DNA of 64,000 bases from an uncultured Chloroflexota bacterium (GTDB lineage: Bacteria; Chloroflexota; UBA11872; UBA12225), in assembly GCA_902805635.1 (NCBI GenBank), contig CADCTC010000018.1, forward strand, positions 48 to 64,047, in the 5' to 3' direction. The notes under the pieces were generated by a model. That model was not told the origin of the DNA. It saw only the letters and a program-made list of their open reading frames with translations, and made no database searches. Position numbers and translations under genes: made by a program. Shown here one piece after another: positions 9,787 to 19,044 of the stretch. Position 1 is the stretch's first letter; each line of letters begins with the position of its first letter.

Positions 9787-9900
9787 ATGTACGACGCCGA
9801 CTTCACCGACCTGCGCTTTGTCCTGCTGGTGGTGGCTGCCTTCATCATGGGCATCGCCGGCTCGCTCTCCCAGCTCAACCAGATCCTGCCGCTCGGCTAA
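9787..9900 (+). CDS. 37-aa single-pass membrane microprotein
   Basis: MYDADFTDLRFVLLVVAAFIMGIAGSLSQLNQILPLG*; AAGGA SD; strong GC3 bias; below the ORF-track cutoff. Confidence 0.6.
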   Translation: MYDADFTDLRFVLLVVAAFIMGIAGSLSQLNQILPLG

Positions 9901-10355
9901 TCCGCACTCCGCCCTCCGGCGGGGCACGGGATAGTGGCTGCACCGTACTGCCCGATCCCCGGCAGAGTCCGCAGCGCGGCCTCTGCCTCGGGGAGCCGTC
10001 TGTCGTGCTTGTGCATGACGGTGAGTGCCAGCCGCATCAGCCGCTCGGTGCGCGCCGGCAGCCCTAGCGGCCCCACGAGTGCCCGCACGTGGGCCGGGTC
10101 GGCTGCGGCAAGGGCCTCAACCTTCGGGCAGCGCTGCAGAAAGCGCTCGTACACCGGCGCCGCACTGGCAACCGAGGCGTGCTGGAGTATCACCACTGCC
10201 ACCGCGATCTCGTAGGGCGGCTTGCCCCAGCGCCAGGGCAGCCAGGGCAACTGTCGCTCGTGCATGCGGAATCAGTCGAGCAGCCGGGGAGCAAACTCGC
10301 GGACTTTGGCCGAGCGGCTCTGCGCTTGTCGCACCGTCGTTGATGGCGGTATCAC
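9897..10355 (-). pseudogene. MutY-like HhH-GPD glycosylase remnant
   Basis: FAPRLLD*FRMHERQLPW with TGA at 10272-10274 where MutY has Trp; PYEIAV..VILQ, YERFL, LPGIGQY; ends just after the HhH motif with no catalytic Asp region or FeS loop. Confidence 0.75.
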
Positions 10356-10603
10356 CTGTGAGTCGCTCACCTCGTGGACTCGGGAGTATCACCGGGCTAG
10401 TGCCGGTCCAGTTCTGTCGAGAGGCGGCTAAACTTTCAGACCCCCAACGTTTCGCACGTGCCACACGTCCCGTCTGCGTTCCGAAGGTCTGTCTCGTCTC
10501 GATGCTCCGCTCTCTTCCCAGGTTTCTTCCCCGACCTATCGGGCTGGCGCTCGCGCCTCTCTCGACAGCGCCTGTGCATCCGGTTGCCTTAGCGCATCCG
10601 CAA

Positions 10604-11410
10604 ATGTCGGCCGGGCGCTCCACGCGCCTGGCGGCGGTGGTGCAGTCGGCGCGCACGCGGCGCGCGGTGATTCGCGCGGGCGTTGCTGCGTTCGTGCCGC
10701 TGGTGGCCGGTGGGTTGGGCTCGTGGGCCGATGCACTGGGCCCGCTGGCGTTGGTGGTTGCGCCGCTGCGGCGGCCGGCGCCGGCCGCGCTGGAGCGCAC
10801 GCCGCTGGACGCGCAGAACGGACCGCTCACCTACGTGGCAGTTGGCGCCTCAGACACGGTGGGTTTTGGTATCGCGGATAGGGCGCGGCGTGGGTGGGTG
10901 CCGCTGCTCAACAATAAGCTGCCGCAGCCGTCGCGGCTGATCAACCTGGGGTGGGGCGGCAGCACGCTGCGCCAAGCGCTGGCTCAACAGCTGCCGCGGG
11001 CGATCGAGGCGCAGCCGGACCTGGTCACCATCTGGCTGGCGGTGAACGACGTGCTGGGGGGCGTGGGGCTGAGCGAGTACCGCGCGGACCTGGACTACCT
11101 GCTGGGCGAGCTGCGGACGAAGACGCGGGCGGTGGTGGCGGTGGGTAACGTGCCTTACCCGGCGGACTTCCTGGACCCGTGGGGCGTGCCGGAGATCGTG
11201 CGGCGCACCGTGGCCGGCAGCTGGAACCGTGCCATCGCGGGCGCCGCGCACAAGCACGGCGCGGTCCTGGTGGACCTCTACCGCGGCTGGCGCGTGGCCG
11301 AGCACCCGGAGTACATTGGGCCGGACGGGCTGCACCCCAGCGAGGCCGGCTACGCGTCGCTGGCGGAAACGTTCCTGGCGACGCTGCGCGCGCAGCGCGT
11401 AATTGGCTGA
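10604..11410 (+). CDS. SGNH/GDSL hydrolase, probably Tat-exported
   Basis: Block I YVAVGASDT, block II NLGWGG, block III LAVND, block V DGLHP; TRRAVI near the N-terminus; start uncertain. Confidence 0.82.
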   Translation: MSAGRSTRLAAVVQSARTRRAVIRAGVAAFVPLVAGGLGSWADALGPLALVVAPLRRPAPAALERTPLDAQNGPLTYVAVGASDTVGFGIADRARRGWVPLLNNKLPQPSRLINLGWGGSTLRQALAQQLPRAIEAQPDLVTIWLAVNDVLGGVGLSEYRADLDYLLGELRTKTRAVVAVGNVPYPADFLDPWGVPEIVRRTVAGSWNRAIAGAAHKHGAVLVDLYRGWRVAEHPEYIGPDGLHPSEAGYASLAETFLATLRAQRVIG

Positions 11411-11546
11411 GTCAGCCGATCAGAGAAAGAGGCGTGCGGGGAGGCGAAGGGTCACGTGAGTTGGCTGGTGCTCCCGTCTGATCGGGAGTGGTCCATGTGC
11501 TGAGGTGGTGAGACTGAAGCTGACGACCGGGGATGTTGACGCGACC

Positions 11547-12551
11547 ATGAAGATTCTGATCCTTGGAGGGACCCGCTTCCTGGGGCGGCACCTCGTCGAC
11601 GCAGCGAAGGCGAGTGGCCACCAACTGGCGCTGTTCAACAGAGGGTGGAGCAACCCTGACCTCTTTCCAGATGTGGAGCAGCTGCGCGGCGACCGTGACG
11701 GCGATTTGGAGGCGCTACGGGGTAGGCGCTGGGATGCAGTAATCGACACGTCTGGCTATGTGCCACGTAGTGTCGGAGCATCGGCTCGCCTGCTCGCAGA
11801 CGCGTGCGAGCGCTATGTATTTGTCTCAACCATCTCGGTGTACGCAGACCCCTCCCGGTGGCCTATCACGGAAGACCACGCTGTGGGACGGCTGGACGAT
11901 CCGCAGGTGGAGGAGATCACCGGCGCCACATACGGTCCGCTCAAGGTGCTGTGCGAGCGCGAGGTGGAAGGCGCGCTTCCCGGGCGCGGGCTGATCGTCC
12001 GGCCGGGGCTGATCGTGGGGCCGCATGACCCGACCGGTCGCTTCACGTATTGGCCGCGGCGCGTGGCGCAGGGTGGTGAGCTGCTGGCGCCGGGCCATCC
12101 GGGAGAGCTGGTGCAGGTTATCGATGCGCGCGACCTGGCGGCGTGGACGGTGCGCTGCGTGGAAGAAGGAACTGCCGGCACCTTCAACGCCACCGGCCTG
12201 GCCGCGCCGCTCACTATCGGCGAAGTGCTCCAGACCAGCAGGGCCGTCAGTGGCAGCGATGCGTGCTTCACCTGGGTAGACGAAGCGTTCCTGCTCGAGC
12301 GCGGTGTGCGTTACTGGCAAGACCTGCCGGCGCTGGTGCCGGAGAGCGATGCGTCGCTGGCTGGCATGGTGCATATCGACTGCACGCGTGCCATTGCGGC
12401 TGGCCTGACGTTCCGGCCGCTGGAGGACACCATCCGCGACACTCTGGCGTGGGACGCCACGCTGCCTGCAGGTGTACCCGTGCAGGCAGTGCAGGCAGGG
12501 CTGACCCTGGATCGTGAAGCCGAGCTGCTGGCGGCCTGGCACGAGCGGTGA
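11547..12551 (+). CDS. NAD-dependent epimerase/dehydratase (atypical SDR)
   Basis: MKILILGGTRFLG, WDAVIDTSGY, YGPLK, RPGLIVGPHD. Confidence 0.9.
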   Translation: MKILILGGTRFLGRHLVDAAKASGHQLALFNRGWSNPDLFPDVEQLRGDRDGDLEALRGRRWDAVIDTSGYVPRSVGASARLLADACERYVFVSTISVYADPSRWPITEDHAVGRLDDPQVEEITGATYGPLKVLCEREVEGALPGRGLIVRPGLIVGPHDPTGRFTYWPRRVAQGGELLAPGHPGELVQVIDARDLAAWTVRCVEEGTAGTFNATGLAAPLTIGEVLQTSRAVSGSDACFTWVDEAFLLERGVRYWQDLPALVPESDASLAGMVHIDCTRAIAAGLTFRPLEDTIRDTLAWDATLPAGVPVQAVQAGLTLDREAELLAAWHER

Positions 12552-12593
12552 CGGTCTTGGCCTCCCTGCTGGTGCGGCCCGGATCCAGCCTGC

Positions 12594-13682
12594 TCAGGTC
12601 AGCGGATGGCCATTCACCGAGCGGTAGTAGGCATCGTCCGGGGTGATGGCCCCGCGGCGTACGGGCTGTCCCGTAGACGACGACTTGTAGAGGGCGCTGC
12701 AGAACTCCAGTGTGCGGCGCACCTCATCACCGCTAGCCAGCGGGCGCCGACCTTGCTCCATGGCGTCGATCAGCTCAGCCAGCTGCGCACCATGGGAGGC
12801 CGCCGGTGCATCGGGTAGTGCCATCCGGGGGGCGACGGTATCGCCGGGCACTGTGGTGGAAGGCGCCGCCTGCGCAGGCGGCGTTATCTGCCAGTCTGGA
12901 GTGGTGTTGCGGTAGAGGTAGACCGCCTCAACGGTGGCGTGCTGGAAGTCCAGGCGCAGCCGTGTCTCCTGGCGCGGCGAGACCGCGCTGTTCACCACGG
13001 TGGTGAGCGCGCCGGAGGCGTGGTGTACCACGGCGACCGACACGTCTTCCGCCTCCATTCGGTGGTCCAGCGTGGCGGCACTGGCGAAGACCTGCGCCCA
13101 GTCGGGCCAGAGCCAGAGGAACAGGTCCATGGTGTGAATGCCAAGCTGCATGGTGGGACCGCCGAACGCTTCCTGCCAGCGGCCATGCCAGGCCACGTCG
13201 TAATACGCCTGCGTGCGATGCCACGTCGTGGCGCAGTGGCCCACCAGCGGCCGGCCCAGCTCACCCGCCTCGATGAGCTGCTTCACGTGGCGCGCGGCGC
13301 CGCTGAAGCGGTTCTGCACCACGCTGGAGCAGACGGCGCCGCTGCGGCGCGCGGCCGCGTCAATCTGGTCAAGGTCGGCCAGCGAGCCACACAGCGGCTT
13401 TTCGCACAGTACCCAGGCGCCTACTTCCAGGCAGCGGACGGTCAAGCGAGTGTGCGAGGCAGGTGGCGTGCAGATCAGCACCAGGTCCGGTCGCTCTGCG
13501 GCGAGCAGCGTGTCCAGGTCGTCGTAGGCGCGTGGAATGCCGTGCTGCGCACAGAACGTCTCACAGCGCGCGCGATCCAGGTCTAGCGCCGCCACCAGCT
13601 CCACCCGGCCGGTGCACTCCGCCACCGCCGCCACGTGCTGCCGGGCAATGCTCCCCGTCCCTACCAGGACCGCGCGGTTCAT
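12594..13682 (-). CDS. Gfo/Idh/MocA oxidoreductase
   Basis: VGTGSIA, ICTPP..H, LCEKP, GIHTMD. Confidence 0.9.
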   Translation of the reverse strand: MNRAVLVGTGSIARQHVAAVAECTGRVELVAALDLDRARCETFCAQHGIPRAYDDLDTLLAAERPDLVLICTPPASHTRLTVRCLEVGAWVLCEKPLCGSLADLDQIDAAARRSGAVCSSVVQNRFSGAARHVKQLIEAGELGRPLVGHCATTWHRTQAYYDVAWHGRWQEAFGGPTMQLGIHTMDLFLWLWPDWAQVFASAATLDHRMEAEDVSVAVVHHASGALTTVVNSAVSPRQETRLRLDFQHATVEAVYLYRNTTPDWQITPPAQAAPSTTVPGDTVAPRMALPDAPAASHGAQLAELIDAMEQGRRPLASGDEVRRTLEFCSALYKSSSTGQPVRRGAITPDDAYYRSVNGHPLT

Positions 13683-13724
13683 CGCGCGTGAGCATACCGC
13701 CCCGTCAACCGCTCAGTGGGCCGC

Positions 13725-14201
13725 TCAGTGAGTGGCGCTGATGTAGCGGGCGTGTGCGGGCGGCTGCCCGCGCTGCCGGATCGCCACGCCCAACACCATG
13801 GTGATGAGCCCCGCGCCCAGCATCATGAGCGGCGTGTCGGGCTGCTCTGCATCGCCAAGTAGCGGCCGTATCTGTATGCCAGCTACTTCCACAGCGGAGC
13901 TCCGAGCCTGTGCCTGCACCTGCGCGGGCGCATCGGCCTGTTGCGTGCGGGACTCAGCGGCAGTGCCCACGGCTTTGACGGCGGGCGCTGCTGGTGCAGC
14001 CAACGAAGCCACCGCAAGCGGTGACGATGGCGCGGCTTCTGTCATGGCGCGTCCCTGCCAGCCGGCTACGGGAGGCGGGTCGCCTACTCCGCTCCCCAGC
14101 GCCAGGATCAACGCCAGCAGCAATCCGCCTACCGGAAGCAGCAGGCCGGCAAGGTAGGCCCACAGTTCGCCCAGCAGACCACCACGACGTTGACCTGTCA
14201 T
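13725..14201 (-). CDS. Hypothetical membrane protein (N- and C-terminal TM segments, Ala/Pro linker)
   Basis: 3' part of ORF 13725..14501; GGGAG upstream of ATG 14201; C-terminal hydrophobic helix followed by RQR. Confidence 0.55.
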   Translation of the reverse strand: MTGQRRGGLLGELWAYLAGLLLPVGGLLLALILALGSGVGDPPPVAGWQGRAMTEAAPSSPLAVASLAAPAAPAVKAVGTAAESRTQQADAPAQVQAQARSSAVEVAGIQIRPLLGDAEQPDTPLMMLGAGLITMVLGVAIRQRGQPPAHARYISATH

Positions 14202-14242
14202 CGCTCGCTCGCTCCCGGGCATGCTCGTCGCCCATGATGTAA

Positions 14243-14258
14243 AGCAGGCGGCGTGCCA
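14243..14258 (-). promoter_or_regulatory. Sigma54-like -24/-12 element
   Basis: Minus strand TGGCACGCCGCCTGCT, one mismatch to TGGCACG-N4-TTGCW. Confidence 0.5.
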
Positions 14259-14350
14259 GCGCACGCCCGGGCACGTGTGTCTGGTCGTGCGAGTGCGGCG
14301 GCCAGAGGGAGAAGCACGAGCACAGCCAAGCGAGGTGGTGTCAGGCAGTA

Positions 14351-15397
14351 CTAACCGCCAAAGGCGTTCCGCAGGGCGACGAGCTGCCCGACGGCGAAGC
14401 CCCAACCGGCGTGGTGGTCCAGCGTATCGTCGACGATGCCGGGGGTATGGTCTGGCTCGACCATGCCGTCGTAGCCGCTCTCGAAGAACGCGCGCATGCA
14501 CGCCGCCATGTCAGTATCGCCGTCGTCATGGAAGGTTTCCACGTAGCGCGTGTACGGCTCCAGCACCCGCACGTTGCGGAAGTGGACCATGCCGATCCGG
14601 CCGCGCCGTCCGAAGGCGCGGATCACATCTGGCGCCGACTCGCCCATCTCGGTGAGCACGCCGGTATCCAGGAAGAGCGTGTTAGCCGGGCTGTCGACGA
14701 TCGTGACCAGGCGCTCAAGGTCGGCCAATGTGCGGACCGGCTGGGCGACGCCGCGGAAGACCGGCACCGGAGGGTCACAGGGATGCTGCGCCAGCCGCAC
14801 TCCGGCGTCTTCCGCGGCGGGGACGACTGCCTTGAGGAAGTACTCCAGGCGATCCCACATCTCCTCACGCGTGTGCGTGCCCACGGCAGGGATGGGTGGC
14901 AGGTCGGCGATGCGCGTATTGTCAAAGGCGCGGTAGGCCGCGCCACCGCGCCCTTCCACCAGGTAGTAGCCGGCGGAGGCCCGCAGAGCGGTGAAGTTGT
15001 ACGTCAGTGTGCGCAGACCGGCGGCGCCCACCACCTGGATGCAGCGCCGGACAGTGGCCAGGTCGTCATCGCGGCCGTGCTGGCCCATCACGATACGGCC
15101 CGAGAGGGGGAGCGAAATGGTGGTTGGCTCCAGGGCGAAGGCACGCACGCGGTCGCAGATGCGGCGCTGCTCTTCCCGGTCGTATGCCGGCGCTTGCGGT
15201 CCGTGCGGGCGCTCTTGCGCCGGTGGAACCAGTGGCCGGCTGGAGCGTGGGGTGTCAACGTAGCGCGAGGGCACCCCCACCTCTTCCACGCCAATCTGGC
15301 GGTAGAAGCGCAGCGAGCTTTCCGACAAGTCGGCTATCTGCTTGCCAATCTTGACCTGGTAGGTCCGTGTCGAGGACGCCTGGATCGTGGTGGACAT
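14351..15397 (-). CDS. Mannonate dehydratase (UxuA) family protein, third paralog
   Basis: TYNF, LAQHPCDPP, VHFRNV, EPDHTP. Confidence 0.8.
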   Translation of the reverse strand: MSTTIQASSTRTYQVKIGKQIADLSESSLRFYRQIGVEEVGVPSRYVDTPRSSRPLVPPAQERPHGPQAPAYDREEQRRICDRVRAFALEPTTISLPLSGRIVMGQHGRDDDLATVRRCIQVVGAAGLRTLTYNFTALRASAGYYLVEGRGGAAYRAFDNTRIADLPPIPAVGTHTREEMWDRLEYFLKAVVPAAEDAGVRLAQHPCDPPVPVFRGVAQPVRTLADLERLVTIVDSPANTLFLDTGVLTEMGESAPDVIRAFGRRGRIGMVHFRNVRVLEPYTRYVETFHDDGDTDMAACMRAFFESGYDGMVEPDHTPGIVDDTLDHHAGWGFAVGQLVALRNAFGG

Positions 15398-15410
15398 GGG
15401 ACGGTGGACC

Positions 15411-16109
15411 TCAACCTGGCCTTTGGCCTGTCCCTCTCCTGTGGGAGAGGGACACATTGCCCGGGCCGCTGCCCGGCCGCGGCGTCGGGAATATACTGGT
15501 GGCGTTCTGCTGGAAACGCGGGCGCAGGCGTGCCCAGGTCTGGTCCAGCGCCTCAGGGAGGACCTTGGTTTCGCTAAGCACCGGCATGAAGTTGGTGTCG
15601 CCGTTCCAGCGTGGCACGACGTGCACGTGCAGGTGGTCGGGCAGACCGGCGCCCGCGGGGCGTCCCAGGTTGAGGCCGACGTTGAAGGCGTCTGGCTGGT
15701 ATTCGTCCCTCAGCGCGGCGACAGCGCGCTGCGTTAGGTCGAACACTTCGTGGCCCGTCTCGGACGGCAGTTGCGTCAAATCTCCGCCGTGGGCGTAAGG
15801 CGCCACCATCAAGTGGCCGCTGTTGTACGGGTACAGGTTGAGCAGCACCAGCGCGTGCTCGCCGCGCTGGAGCACCAGCTGCTCTGCGTCTTGCTCCGGC
15901 GCGGCTGCGATAGCGCACAGGAAGCACGCCTGTTGGTCTCGTTGTTCGGGGTGCGGCGGCGGCTGGTCTAGCTTTGCCGGGGTGTCCACCTTGCGCGAGG
16001 GCCGCTCGCGCCGAGCCTTTGGCGCGGAGTGACTCTGCCGCGAGGACTGCGCCGATTCGGCAGTGCCGGCGACGTAGCCCATGCGCCAGGGGGTCCAGAG
16101 GCGCTGCAT
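15411..16109 (-). CDS. HIT-family hydrolase (Ap4A phosphorylase-like)
   Basis: MQRLWTPWRMGY, CFLC, LNLYPYNSGHLMV, HLHVHVVPRWNGDTNFM. Confidence 0.9.
   Translation of the reverse strand: MQRLWTPWRMGYVAGTAESAQSSRQSHSAPKARRERPSRKVDTPAKLDQPPPHPEQRDQQACFLCAIAAAPEQDAEQLVLQRGEHALVLLNLYPYNSGHLMVAPYAHGGDLTQLPSETGHEVFDLTQRAVAALRDEYQPDAFNVGLNLGRPAGAGLPDHLHVHVVPRWNGDTNFMPVLSETKVLPEALDQTWARLRPRFQQNATSIFPTPRPGSGPGNVSLSHRRGTGQRPG
15429..15454. repeat. REP-like palindrome (CCCTCTCC...GGAGAGGG type)
   Basis: Perfect 11-bp stem tgtccctctcc-tgtg-ggagagggaca. Confidence 0.6.
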
Positions 16110-16218
16110 CGGCGGAGTGTACTGCGCGCGAACGGTAGCTGGCTGACCCGGCCGGTATGATGGGAGTGGGGCTCCGGCAGCGCACGGCAGCGCACAACGC
16201 AGGAGAGCGAGGTCCAAC

Positions 16219-17448
16219 GTGATCAGGCACAGCGCGGCGCGTGAGGCGCCCCAGGTACCGCGGCGCTTGGCAGCACACGCAGCGTTGCGCCTGGCTATGT
16301 CGCTTGCGGCCGGCGCCCTGCTGGCGGCCTGCAGCTTGTCCAACCAGGCGCACCCGGCGGCGCAGCCGCCGGCGGGCACGGGCGCCGGAGCGGGAGTGCG
16401 CCCGGCCGATGTGGCGGTGCAGCCCACGGTAGTCGTACCGGCGCCCGCGACGGCGGCGGCACCTACCGTCACGGTCGCGCCGCTACCCACTGCACTTCCC
16501 ACCGTCGCGCCCACACCCACCGCGCAGCCGCCGCACCCGCTCTCCATCGCGGCGGCGCGCTCGCGAGACTACCCCGGCAGCGACATGATGGTGGAGCAGA
16601 CGCTGGCTCCGGGCGCCAACTACGATCGGTTCATCGTGTCGTATCGCACCGATGGGCTGAAGAACTTCGCGCTGCTGACCATCCCACGCGGAGCGAAACC
16701 GCCGACTGGGTGGCCGGTGATCGTGTTCAACCACGGCTTCATCGCGCCGGCACAGTACCGCACCACCGAGCGCTACATCGCCTACACCGACGCCTTCTCG
16801 CGCAATGGGTACATGCTGCTGCGCCCGGACTACCGCGGCCACGGGTCGTCGGAGGGTCAGGCGCGCGGCGGGTACGGGAACGACGACTACGTCACCGACG
16901 TGCTCAATGGCTTCAACTCGGTGCGCCGCCACCCGGATGCCGATCCCAACCGGATGGCGATGTGGGGCCACTCGATGGGCGGCTACATCACGCTGCGCTC
17001 CATGGTCATCTCGCCGGAGGTCAAGGCGGGCGTGATCTGGGGTGGCGTGGTGGGATCGTACCCGGACTTGCTCTTCAACTGGGGCAACCGTAACCCGCTG
17101 GCCGCGCTCACCGCGACGCCGACGACCACCCAACCGGGCCCCTGGCGAACGCAGCTGCTGCGCTACTACGGCACGCCGGAGCAGAATCCCGGTTTCTGGG
17201 CGTCCATCTCCGCGAACACCTACCTACGAGATCTGTCCGGCCCGGTGCAGCTGCACCACGGCACGGTTGACACAAGCGTGCCGGTGCAGATGTCCATCAA
17301 CCTGGATCGCCAGATCCGCGAGGTGGGGGGCCACGTGGAGCTCTTCACGTATGCAGGGGATGATCACGACGTCTCGCGCAACCTCTCCGTGGCGCTCAAC
17401 CGCTCAGTCGCCTTCTTCGATGCGCACGTGAAGAACCGTTCTACCTAA
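16219..17448 (+). CDS. Alpha/beta hydrolase lipoprotein (S9-like peptidase/esterase)
   Basis: Lipobox LLAAC, P/T/A linker, HGF, DYRGHG, nucleophile WGHSMGG, HGTVD, GDDH. Confidence 0.85.
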   Translation: MIRHSAAREAPQVPRRLAAHAALRLAMSLAAGALLAACSLSNQAHPAAQPPAGTGAGAGVRPADVAVQPTVVVPAPATAAAPTVTVAPLPTALPTVAPTPTAQPPHPLSIAAARSRDYPGSDMMVEQTLAPGANYDRFIVSYRTDGLKNFALLTIPRGAKPPTGWPVIVFNHGFIAPAQYRTTERYIAYTDAFSRNGYMLLRPDYRGHGSSEGQARGGYGNDDYVTDVLNGFNSVRRHPDADPNRMAMWGHSMGGYITLRSMVISPEVKAGVIWGGVVGSYPDLLFNWGNRNPLAALTATPTTTQPGPWRTQLLRYYGTPEQNPGFWASISANTYLRDLSGPVQLHHGTVDTSVPVQMSINLDRQIREVGGHVELFTYAGDDHDVSRNLSVALNRSVAFFDAHVKNRST

Positions 17449-17621
17449 CCCCCGGCCCCGCACCTCCACCCCCTGACGCCCTGCGGTCACCTAAAGGGAA
17501 GGGGAGGTTCGCAGGCGTTGCTGCCCGGAATAAACGGCGAGTGGGTGCCTCAATCCACCATACTCACGACTCGCGGACACAGCGGCCGAGACGGCCGCGT
17601 GAGAGTGAGGAGGAACAAAAA

Positions 17622-18674
17622 ATGGCGGTACGATTGGGTTTCGTGGGAGCGGGCGGGCGGACGGTGCGCGAGTTACTGGACCTGGTCCAGGTTCCGGATG
17701 CGGAGATCGCGGCGATGTGCGACATCGACGAGGCGCGCTGCCAGCAGGCGATCGAACGGGTGCAGAGCCGCACTGCCCAGACGGGGGACGCGGATGCGAT
17801 GGAGCGGGCCGGCGCACTCAACCCGGCAACCTACAGAGACGTGCGCCGGCTGCTGGATGGAACTGACGTGGACGCCGTGTACGTCAGCCTGCCGCCGTTC
17901 GCGCACGGCGAGATCGAGCACGCCGTCCTGGACGCCAAAAAGCACCTGTTCGTCGAGAAGCCGGTGGCGATCGACATGGTGACCGCGCGCGAGATCGCCG
18001 CGCACGCGCGCGAGGCCGGGGTGATCACCGCGGTGGGCTACCAGTCGCGCTACTCCTCGGCGGTGCAGGCGGCGCGCAAGACGCTGGAGGGCGTGCCGAT
18101 TGGTCTGGCGATCGCCATCCGCATGGGGGGGCTGCCGGGGACGGCATGGTGGCGTGTGCAGGACCGTTCGGGCGGCATGCTCGTGGAGCAGCACACGCAC
18201 GGCGTGGACCTAATGCGCTACCTGGTCGGCGAGGTCGAGTCGGTCTTTGCCTACGGCAACACGCAGCTGCTGACCGACGTGCCTGACCTGGACATCTTCG
18301 ACGTGAACTCGGTGGCGGTGCGCTTCGCGGGGGGCGCGGTGGGCTCCATCGTCAACACGTGCGCGCTGCAGCCGGGGCAGGGCTCGCCGGCCAACGTGGC
18401 CGGCTCGGTGCACATCGTGGCGAAGAACATGACGCTGATGGCGGGCGCCGGCTCGCTGACGGTGATGCGCCCGGAGCGCCAGCAGGAAGAGGTCAGGGCA
18501 GAGGGCGACCCGAACCTAGAGATGAACCGTGTGTTCGTGCAGGCCATCCAGAGCGGCGACCGCAGCGGCATCCTCTCCGACTACGACGACGGCATGCGCA
18601 CGTTCGAGCTGACCTACGCCTGCCAGCTGTCCGCCGAACGCGGGCAGCCGGTGACGCTGGGGCAGGGGTACTGA
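17622..18674 (+). CDS. Gfo/Idh/MocA oxidoreductase
   Basis: GFVGAGG, LPPFAH, FVEKP, EQHTHGVD; GAGGAGG SD. Confidence 0.9.
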   Translation: MAVRLGFVGAGGRTVRELLDLVQVPDAEIAAMCDIDEARCQQAIERVQSRTAQTGDADAMERAGALNPATYRDVRRLLDGTDVDAVYVSLPPFAHGEIEHAVLDAKKHLFVEKPVAIDMVTAREIAAHAREAGVITAVGYQSRYSSAVQAARKTLEGVPIGLAIAIRMGGLPGTAWWRVQDRSGGMLVEQHTHGVDLMRYLVGEVESVFAYGNTQLLTDVPDLDIFDVNSVAVRFAGGAVGSIVNTCALQPGQGSPANVAGSVHIVAKNMTLMAGAGSLTVMRPERQQEEVRAEGDPNLEMNRVFVQAIQSGDRSGILSDYDDGMRTFELTYACQLSAERGQPVTLGQGY

Positions 18675-18702
18675 GCCGCTGGCGAGCACATCCGAACAGC
18701 GA

Positions 18703-18725
18703 AGGCCCTGTGGGCCTCCTTTCTT
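18703..18725 (+). terminator. Putative intrinsic terminator
   Basis: aggccc-tgt-gggcct stem followed by cctttctt, about 30 nt after the stop codon. Confidence 0.4.
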
Positions 18726-18758
18726 GGCCTGATAGTCGTTACCCCGGGCGGCTCTTAT

Positions 18759-18788
18759 TGTGTCCCAATGTGTCCTTTTGTGTCCCTG
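18759..18788. repeat. Three 10-bp-phased direct repeats TGTGTCCY-NN
   Basis: TGTGTCCCAA TGTGTCCTTT TGTGTCCCTG. Confidence 0.75.
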
Positions 18789-19044
18789 CCCACACGGTGG
18801 AAGGTACAAAGGCACTGTAGTCCCTCTGCGGCTGTGGAGGTGCGGAGGGCGCCGGCTGCTGTACCGCCGGCTGACATAGCGCGACCTCTCCCGTAGATAT
18901 AGAGCGGCAGAGCCGGGCAGATTTTCGGGGCAGTTTGGTCTCACCGTGGGCGTTCCGTAGCTGGCCAGCGGGTCGCGTCGTCCTCCGCCGGTCTTGCGCC
19001 AAGCGCGGGCGGACGATGGCATGGGGCGTCTACGATAGGGCGGC

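Noticed and set aside
10380-10520. Possible structured RNA or riboswitch (cagacc...ggtctg pairing)
   Set aside because: No recognisable riboswitch consensus by eye, and pairing is easy at this GC content; an Rfam/Infernal scan would be needed.
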